Positions 54,876 through 64,000 of a stretch of DNA of 64,000 nt are shown here, piece by piece (the stretch's first letter is position 1; each line of letters starts with the position of its first letter). The stretch comes from Octopus vulgaris (taxonomy: Eukaryota), in the NCBI GenBank assembly GCA_951406725.2, contig OX597817.1:12276001-12340000 (forward strand). The letters run 5' to 3'. A program made the translations under genes and the position numbers. The notes beneath the pieces are model-generated. The model made no database searches and was not told the origin of the DNA. It saw nothing but the letters and a program-made list of their open reading frames with translations.

Positions 54876-54973
54876 AATAGGTTTTATTTAAGATCGACAT
54901 CTATTCAAGAGATGCTTTACCAATTTACACATTTTTCTAAGAATAAATTCTCTTTTATTTTCGTTTTCAACAG

Positions 54974-55084
54974 CATCCATACATCATGCCATTTATCCAT
55001 ATCGAATTTCTTCTAGAAGATGATGCTATAGTTGTATCGCGTCCCTTTAGCCCATCGGGATCTCTTAAAGACGAAATATACCAG
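54974..55084 (+). CDS. Slob: Slob-like gene exon (HPYIMPFIHIEFLLEDDAIVVSRPFSPSGSLKDEIYQ)
   Basis: CAACAG acceptor and CAG|GTAAAA donor. It carries the HPYI and GSLKD.IY motifs of PXK/Slob pseudokinases. Confidence 0.92.
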
Positions 55085-55320
55085 GTAAAATGCACATTTT
55101 CTTATAAGAAAAATTTACCAATTCATTTCATTATCTGACATATTTGCATGCATTCTATTGACAATGGCGTATAGCACGAGAAAGAAAATAAAAACGGTTG
55201 AAGAAGAGAAAGAGAGTGAGTTGATAGAAAAAGTTTGTCTTTTGAACAGGTTATTCTCGTATCATGACAGCATGACTTTAAATAAAATTTAATTTCTGTC
55301 GTTAGCAAAGGTCCAGGAAT

Positions 55321-55732
55321 GGATCTTTTCGGTTTGAACGGCAGTTTTTTCTAGCGGTGTCATATGAAATTGTCACCCATAATTATGACCCTAGTATCGA
55401 TCTATTGCATTTCAATCTGTCTTAGGGGTGGGGGGAAGGGTATCTTTTTTTCTTCAGAAATGTAAATAAGCCCAATCTGTTTCTTAAACGAGGGACATAT
55501 ATTAATACGGCACAGAATGTTTTTTTTTACCTCAATAGACGTCATTGATTGGTTGAAATTGCAGAAATTGAAGAAAAGACAACAACAAATATCTTACAAA
55601 CTATAGAATTTTCTCAATAAAGCCAAGAGAAAAAGATGTTTTATAAATACATTCTACCAGTATACAAAGTTTAAAAGTGTTTAGTTACGTGGAAATTATT
55701 TTAAAAAACTGCCGTTCAAACCGTAAAGATCT
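55321..55732. mobile_element. MITE, second copy, with a single TTAGGG
   Basis: Same TIRs as 38809, with flanks (T)CCAGGAAT and (T)CCAGAAAT. Confidence 0.9.
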
Positions 55733-56202
55733 CCAGAAATTTTGTAGAGGAAATTTATTTCCGACTGAATTTAAATTTAGTATATCATCTATTCGTACTT
55801 ATTTTTCGACTGTGGAGAAAAGTGATGAAAGGCAAACATAAAGTATAAAGGGACATAACCAAATAAGGCAAGGTATTAATCCAGTGCTGTCCTTATCTAC
55901 CGTTCTGCTACTTTTGTTATCTTTAACTTTATTAATTACTATTTTCTACTTCATCTTTCACATTTTCCATTTAAACTCGATAAGTAAATACGAATCGATT
56001 TCATTGATCTAACTTAGCCTAAATCGATTTTACATTTCATATTTTCGGGGTCGGTAATATAGGTAAAGGGAATAGACCCTAGTAGAATATTAAGGTCTCT
56101 TTGACAATGCTCTGACGTGGAAAATAATATTAAGCCAGATAAAAAAAAAAAAAAGGCGAAAAGAACAGATGAATTTGTGGCTTAATGATTACTGGTTGGA
56201 AT

Positions 56203-56250
<48 letters not shown>

Positions 56251-56272
56251 CGCCCGCGCGCGTGAGTGTACA

Positions 56273-56682
<410 letters not shown>

Positions 56683-56844
56683 GAATATGTAAGTGAATCA
56701 AAGGAATTCGATCTTCTCATTGCTGAGTACCAAAGGACATGTAAATTTCCATCTTATACTGTGCTCCATCATTGACTCTTAGTTTGATCTTACCTCTTTA
56801 ATTAACATACGTAGCAAGGTATGCATATACTGTGTTGCCTAAAA

Positions 56845-57073
56845 GGCGGCGAGCTGGCAGAATCGTTAGCACGCCGGGCGAAATGCTAAGCGGTATTTCG
56901 TCTGGCGTTACGTTCTGAGTTCAAATTCCACCGAGGTCGACTTTGCCTTTCATCCTTTCGGTGTCGATAAATTAAGTACCAGTTATGCACTGGAGTCGAC
57001 GTAATCGACTTAATCCGTTTGTCTGTCCTTGTTTGTCCCCTCTATGATTAGCCCCTTGTGGGTAATAAAGAAA
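56845..57073 (+). mobile_element. Full-length group B SINE with a 21-bp TSD
   Basis: CATATAC(T/C)GTGTTGCCTAAAA at 56824-56844 and 57074-57094. Confidence 0.92.
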
Positions 57074-57295
57074 CATATACCGTGTTGCCTAAAAATCCAT
57101 TTACTACCTCACACAAAGATGTACCGCTTCAATGTACCTGTTTATTTCAGTTGACAGTTATTTCTGTCATCTGTCCAGTTTTGTTTGACCTTGTCAATTC
57201 ACTCAGCAAATTGATTCACGGAGGATTTTTGACTGTCATGAGCATGAGTACTTGCATCGATTAAAACTCGTATTACTTCTCACTGCATAATTCAG

Positions 57296-57391
57296 GCTCG
57301 CTGCTTAGACGACCATCGGGATAAATATAACCACAATGGACAACCATTGCCCCTGGGACAGATACAGACGTACTCCAGTCAAATACTCAAG
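57296..57391 (+). CDS. Slob: Slob-like gene exon (ARCLDDHRDKYNHNGQPLPLGQIQTYSSQILK)
   Basis: TTCAG acceptor, AAG|GTATGT donor, phase 0 to 0, and a QI.TY..QIL motif. Confidence 0.9.
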
Positions 57392-57572
57392 GTATGTCGG
57401 TTAACTATTTATACAAATGTTCCTTAAATTATGTTGTATCAGCTCTGTGTATTTTCAAATTGTATTACATATACATACATATATGCACGGAAACATACGT
57501 AGATATATTTATGCATACACACCACTACATGAAACTGAGTCACCACCGATGAAAACAGAACTACTTCACCAG

Positions 57573-57822
57573 TCATCATCATTGTTCGACCGTGGTCGAG
57601 ACAATGGAATTTACCATGCTACGCCAGACTACACGGTCCATCATGGCATTACGGAGGTCCTGTTGCTGGATGCCTGTATCCCTGGAGATTACATCAGGGT
57701 AGGAGAGTGTGCGCCCTCTGGTATTGCGAGTAGATGGCTTCCAGAGGAGAAGAGTAGAAATTGCCTCGTTTTCAGCTCTACAACAATGTCCAGCAAACTG
57801 GACTCTCCTACCTTTCACCAGT
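57573..57822 (-). mobile_element. RTE-like LINE 3' end
   Basis: RRVQFAGHCCRAENEAISTLLLWKP...DRVVWRS, the same family as 7650. Confidence 0.8.
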
Positions 57823-58272
57823 AAGTTATTTAAGAAGACGTAAGTACTCTTCTCATTTTACTTGGACTCAACAACTAAACCAAGATTTACTACGAAAAAG
57901 CTCGAGATGACCCTTTTTGTAAAAAAAAGAAAAAAAACAAATCCTCGATCCTCCCAAAACACTGAGAATGGGCCAAAATCTGCCAGAAGTGGCGTAAAAA
58001 AATAATGTAAACAAACCATCGCTAAATTCGAGTGTGTCTCCAAATTTAGCTGACTCAGTAGCGAAGACTGCAGTATACATCCAACTCAAAAACATTTTGA
58101 AATTACAATTCGCAAAATATTTTGCTACTTTCTCGAAGCTTTTTTTTTTTGAGCAACAGACTATTCCCAACAAGAGTGAGAAAAAATCTGACCGATCTAA
58201 TGTTTCAAGTTATCAACGATGTCACTGGAGAGCACATGGAATCATGTAAAGTTATTTACTGGAATATAAATA

Positions 58273-58334
58273 CTCTTAACCACTGAGCGTGGGTTACTAA
58301 CCCCAAGATTCCGAGTTCGATTCCAGGCAGTTAT

Positions 58335-58370
<36 letters not shown>

Positions 58371-58758
58371 CTGGTACATCACACGTATTGAGAAGAGCAT
58401 TGTCGATGTGAGAACTATTATTACCCATGTATTTTAGCATAACTTTTAAAAAAATAAATAAACGAACTATTGAGTTTAGTCTAATGGCCTACCAATGTAT
58501 ACTATGAGTTTCTTTGCCCTAGGAGTCGGGAAGACGCTCGGCAAGAAATGGAAGCAAATTTGAAAGAAGAAAAAAAAAAAAAAATAATAATGATGATGAT
58601 GATGATAATAACATCGAAAAATACCTTAGGAATGAGAACCCACGTTCGAAATTTCCCCAAAACATCTAATGAAGTCTGGAGGATATATCAGCCGAAACCT
58701 TGCGTTAACAACAAAGATGAGGACAAATATCCGTCAAATGTAAATAATGTAAATAATG
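58273..58758 (+). mobile_element. Second, older copy of the hammerhead-SINE, with a Dong-like 3' end inserted in its (AAT)n (58370-58585)
   Basis: Same head and tail as 36227-36560, with a decayed core CTAATGA..GAAACCTT. The insert encodes GTSHVLRRALSM*. Confidence 0.8.
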
Positions 58759-58759
58759 A

Positions 58760-60110
58760 AAACAATATCTCACAATGCATTTGAAGCACTAGTGCTGATC
58801 CCAACAATTGGGATACTTTATTGGTCTGTAGAGAAAATCTACTCCATAGATATCAAAACCCGCAAAATCCTCACAACTGCTGGGAACTCCCACAGAAACA
58901 ATGATGTTGATAGGCTCTACCTAAGATGAAACGAAAGCGGTAGAGGCCTGTGATGAGTGCAAATGGCCTTCGAATGCCGTATGGTATCATTCAGGCAGCA
59001 CCTACTGAACAACAGCAGCAAACATAAATATATAAATGCAGTGCTGAGTGTGAAGTGAGCAATATTGTACGAGTTGGCAGTAAACTCCTCAAGAAACACT
59101 CGCTTCCTGATGATCTCTTATACATCCCCAAAACAACTGGGAACCCTTACCTCAGGGAAGATCTGGATGGAAAGAACTTAGCATACAAAGAAAAAAAGAC
59201 TATGCATGGAAACTTGAAGAAGAAAGTAGAATTGACACGAAGCGCAGCCTCTCTTGGACACAAGACTACTACATCACATCATACCCTAACCCTAACCCTA
59301 CTACATCACTTTGAAGGCTATGCGTTTGCAATCCAGGAACAGGAGACTGCCACAAAGTACCTGGTGAACAAGAGACAGTGACGCTCTTGTAATCCCAAGG
59401 TGAAACCGCATGTGTAGGGTATGTCGTGTTTCTGTGGAAGACATAAAGCATGTGATTAGCAGCTGTCCTAAAATGTCGTCACAGTACTACCTCCTTATGC
59501 GGCACGATGTTGCTAAGACAATTTACAATTCCATCTGCAAAAATGACTGTCCTGAAATAAACTTAGGAAATCCTTCTGTTATGGAATAAATTCATAAACA
59601 CCAACTCAAGAAATACTAGTGGAATAGTCCCATCAAAATTTCTGTCAAATGTAAACATAACAGGCCGGATATTGTTGTTTGTGACAGAGGGGCAAAGGTA
59701 TGTACCGTCATAAAGGTCAGCTGCCCTGCAGATATAAATATCTCTTTGAAAATTAAAGGAAAAGAGAACAACTATAGACAACTGCTTCGAAACCTCCAGC
59801 TTCTATATTCAGACAATGAATTCATATTCATATCAATAATAATTGGAGTACTAGGTTTTGTTAGTAAATGCTTAAAGGAGAATCTGGATAAACTGGGATT
59901 TTCAGAAAGAGGAATCGACCAGCTAATTCATACATTACAAGTGCAACCTGTGAGTGGAACAGTAAAAATATGCAAGACTTTTCTCTAGTTCCAAATGTGA
60001 ATTTGTCTGTGTTAACTACATCCCAAAGATGGAGCCTTGTCTCTTTGTTGGAGACTGGCTCCCTCCTCAGTGGAAGATTTATAATAATAAAAAATAGAAA
60101 TATTCCCGCA
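58760..60110 (+). mobile_element. Decayed R4/Dong-like LINE (post-RT region, CCHC knuckle, restriction-like endonuclease); 3' end at (CATA)n
   Basis: VDRLY, EGYAFAIQEQE.ATKYL, HVISSCPKM..YL.MRHDVAK, HNRPDIVV and GTVKICKTFL*. Confidence 0.88.
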
Positions 60111-60253
60111 CACACGTATACATATATTCATGCATGCATACATACATACATACATACATACATACATACATACATACATACATACATACATACATACATA
60201 CATACATACATGTAGTATTATTGAGAATGATTCCCTGTCGTATATGATTGTAG

Positions 60254-60339
60254 GCATTACTTCACATGCAACAGAAGAAACTCCCAGTGTTTAGTCATTT
60301 ACATTCAGGAAATGTGATCCTATTTAATGGCACTTGCAG
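60254..60339 (+). CDS. Slob: Slob-like gene exon (ALLHMQQKKLPVFSHLHSGNVILFNGTCR)
   Basis: TGTAG acceptor and CAG|GTAACT donor. The degenerate catalytic loop HLHSGNV is characteristic of PXK/Slob. Confidence 0.92.
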
Positions 60340-60392
60340 GTAACTCACGTCTTTCTCCATCTCTCGCCTTTTGTTATGTGTGCATCTCTTAG

Positions 60393-60778
60393 TGTGGAGG
60401 CGCAATGGCCCAGTGGTTAGGGCAGCGGACTAGCGGTCGTAGGATCGCGGTTTCGATTCCCAGACCGGGCGTTGTGAGTGTTTATTGAGCGAAAACACCT
60501 AAAAGCTCCACGAGGCTCCGGCAGGGGATGGTGGTGATCCCTGCTGTACTCTTTCACCACAACTTTCTCTCGCTCTTACTTCCTGTTTCTGTTGTACCTG
60601 TATTTCAAGGGCCGGCCTTGTCACTCTCTGTGTCACGCTGAATATCCCCGAGAACTACGTTAAGGGTGCACGTGTCTGTGGAATGCTCAGCCACTTACAC
60701 GTTAATTTCACGAGCAGGCTGTTCCGTTGATTCGGATCAACCGGAACCCTCGTCGTCGTAACCGACGGAGTGCTTCCA
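60393..60778 (+). mobile_element. Group C tRNA-SINE, full length
   Basis: A/B boxes, and near-identical to 31372-31755. Confidence 0.9.
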
Positions 60779-61622
60779 TCCCATCTCTCAGTGTGCCTGG
60801 CTACCTTCTTGCATACATACCTTGTCTGTCTTCTCTGTCTGTCTATTCTTCTGTTTATGTATCCATTGGTACTGTGTAACTGATTGATGGAAATTTCTCA
60901 AGGATGCCATCATCAGGAAAAATGATAGCCAAGTTAGGGCCACCGTAATTAATTTAGTAAAATAACAATCAAATAAATAGTTAGGCATTGAGGAGAAGAA
61001 GGCATATGTTCGATGTTTTATATCATAGAAATCCGAGCAAGTCAGGCTCCCTCAATGTAACCGTTTGGATAATTTTGAAATAAGAGTCAATTCTTCTTCA
61101 AATCACACGTCACTGTTTAAAAAAAACAATGATGCACTAGATATACAGTGCTTGAGAATAATACGGGATACGACAGGAATGTCTTAGATTTGTTTGATGA
61201 GGCAGACCTATAGCATCATCAACATATTAGTAATTAGCAGATACATTGAACTCAATATTTCATTCACAGTGAAAATTATTTGAGTAGATTGACTCAGACT
61301 AATGAATAAGGTACTGCGAGTTTCTAATTTACCATCCGTATTATTAGTGTTCTACGGGAGCATACTTGACACTAGCTATAAAATATAAGACATGTCTCTT
61401 TTATCTTTTATATTTTGCCCGTTTCATCTTTAGGCTGCGGTCATGTTGGGGCAGCACTGCCTTGAAGAGTTTTTAATCAAAAACAAATCATCTCCAGTAT
61501 TTAACTTTTTAAATCTCGTACTTATGCTACTTGATTCTTTTGCAGAATCGCTAAGTTACGAGGGTGTAAAGAAACAAACACCGGTGGTCAAGCGGTTGTG
61601 GGAGAACAAACACCGGCACAAA

Positions 61623-61737
<115 letters not shown>

Positions 61738-61740
61738 CAC

Positions 61741-62114
61741 GTTTTATCTTTTCTGAGGCATCGCCACTGGTATTGTTATGCTTTTATTGATTTATTGATC
61801 TTCCTTCTTTAGTTGGAATGGGATACTTCGAAGTCACTACCTCCTGTTGAATATCCAGTGGCGTTTAGAAGATATCTACATCTACAGCATGCAGGTCTCT
61901 AATGCAGGATATAAAAAAGTTGTGATCCTTTAAATCCTCAGCTATTGTGGCATCTGACCTAAATCTGGATGGCGAGGACGAGATCTTTGGCTCCATGCAG
62001 TGGCGCTCCGTTCAGGGATTAATATGTCTTTTAATATCAAAATTTGGTGCAAGTCTTTCAAGGATCTTCAAGACATTATTGTATATCTTCTTATCCTCGC
62101 TACAGTGTGTAGTG

Positions 62115-62170
<56 letters not shown>

Positions 62171-62716
62171 ACACACACACATACACACATACATACACAC
62201 ATATATACGATGGACTTCAACAGTTTCTGTCTGCAAAATTAATCCATAAGGCATTAGTTGACCTTGGACTATGGTAGGTGACTCTTCCCCAAGGTGCCGC
62301 AATGTAGAACTGAACCCGAAACAACATGGTTGCGAACCAAGTTTCTTCACCAGACAGCCATGCCTGTCTTGATGGAACATTTTCTCGGAAGAAATGCAGA
62401 TTTCACATTTAAGTTGTGGAAAGTACTATAAAGTAGAATGTGTTAATTAGCTTACAATGATGCGTTCGAGTTCTTTAGCCTTCTGGGAAAACAACAGGAG
62501 TATGTATATATGTATGTATGTATGGCTCCCTTTTAGTGAGACAAAACTATTTTCCGGATTCAATTCTCTATTTTTGACATTTTACTGCACATACTTCTCG
62601 GTAATGCCAAAACCTGTTTCCCAGCTCCCTTTGCGTCTTCGTTGGAGAACGGGATATTAAGCATCTCTGATACATCTTCCATAGAAAATCTCTAGATATA
62701 CAACACTCATATACAC

Positions 62717-62763
<47 letters not shown>

Positions 62764-63103
62764 AATAGACAGACAGAGACAGACATGGATGCAGACAGGC
62801 AGGTAGGCAGACTCACTGACTGACAGACAAATAGACAGTCAAACAGAGAGAAAGAGAGAGAGAGAGAGGGGGGGAATACATACATCCATAATTAACCTTG
62901 TTAATTAATCTGTTTATTAATAACAACTGTATATAATTGATAATGTAATCCTATTAAGGTCGATGGTATACGAAATGTACGTACTAATGTAGTATCAGAG
63001 AAATTAAGTTTATGCGCGCACACAATTTATATATATTAGCGAAACTACAGTTTCTAAAACATCTGGAAAGTAAATATGAAGTGTGTGCGTGCGTGCGTGT
63101 GTG

Positions 63104-63158
<55 letters not shown>

Positions 63159-63539
63159 GAGAGGCATAAAATGTTAAGACACTACACACTGTAGCGAGGA
63201 TGAGAAAATATACAATAATGTCTTGAAGATCCTTGAAGGACTTGCACCAAATTTTGATATTAAAAGACACATTAATCCCTGAATGGAGCGCCACTGCATG
63301 GAACCAAAGATCTCGTCCTCGCCATCCAGATTTAGGTCAGATACCACAATGGCTGAAGGTTTAAAGGATCACAACTTTTTAATATCCTGCATTAGAGACC
63401 TGCATGTTGTAGATGTAGATATCTTCTAAACGCCACTGGACACTCAACAGGAGGTATCTCATTCCAACTAAAGAAGGAAGATCAATAGATCAATAAAAAC
63501 ATCACAACACCAGTGGCGATACTCCAGAAAAGATAAAAC
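61741..63539. repeat. Inverted pair of CR1-like LINE 3' fragments (61741-62119 minus, 63175-63539 plus)
   Basis: Arms of about 370 bp are reverse-complementary with scattered mismatches. They encode KILEGLAPNF..GRHC..FKGSQLFN-like remnants. Confidence 0.85.
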
Positions 63540-63540
63540 A

Positions 63541-63612
<72 letters not shown>

Positions 63613-63711
63613 TGTGTTAAGTAAATTTCATTTATATTTAGACAAACAGCCCTGACTATTTACTATAGCATTAAATGTTAAATATGTTTATATTTTTGTT
63701 TCTCCTCAAAG

Positions 63712-63821
63712 GTTAACTGATACTGAAAATATATTCTTTCAAAAACATTATCTCCTGTCGCCGCTTTTTCGAAGGAAACTAACAGATACACCAGATAATT
63801 CATTGTCAGTTTTAATGTTTG
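63712..63821 (+). CDS. Slob: Slob-like gene exon (LTDTENIFFQKHYLLSPLFRRKLTDTPDNSLSVLMFG); the gene continues past the window
   Basis: CTCAAAG acceptor and TG|GTAAGT donor. Its phase 2 start matches the previous exon. Confidence 0.88.
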
Positions 63822-64000
63822 GTAAGTTGATTTTGAAATTCCATAATTCTCAATTTTAATGTATTTGCTTCAATTCATATACAGCAGTTACTATGGATAC
63901 GTATCGATTATAATAGTAGAATAAGCCGATGTGCTTCAAGAGGAAAGAGCTGGGATTTACCCTAACTATTATATATAGTCGAATAAGGCGGCGAGCTGGC

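Noticed and set aside
63715-63790. Possible hammerhead (CTGATAC...GAAAC)
   Set aside because: The core and stems do not fit, and the region is a coding exon.

Overview
Repeat-dense eukaryotic DNA, most likely octopus or another coleoid cephalopod (inferred from the SINE types and the extreme microsatellite content). Almost every long ORF in the supplied track is a translation of microsatellite and is not a gene. One real spliced gene, missed by the ORF track, can be rebuilt on the + strand. It encodes a Slob/PXK-type pseudokinase (slowpoke-binding-protein-like), with 7 phase-consistent exons from 47989 to 63821, two probable 5' exons (27880, 42604) encoding an N-terminal membrane anchor, and a 3' end beyond the window. 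The rest is decayed mobile DNA: a Penelope-like element (RT plus GIY-YIG), R4/Dong, RTE, CR1 and Tx1-like LINE fragments, three tRNA-SINE groups, mariner pieces, two MITE copies and two non-autonomous Helitrons. The most interesting signal is a set of about 10 non-coding inserts carrying type I hammerhead-ribozyme motifs. Most sit in (TA)n tracts, and several share the fold-back layout [inverted copy]-[ribozyme unit]-[unpaired 3' tail]-(TA)n. The set includes a 4.6-kb palindrome with a hammerhead at each end, and a tRNA-headed SINE with a hammerhead tail, a 5' inverted segment and an 11-bp target-site duplication, which suggests a Penelope-mobilised SINE. Two zones (about 33.0-35.7 kb and 38.5-43.3 kb) look like assembly-consensus mosaics. 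All ribozyme and homology calls were made by eye and no searches were run.
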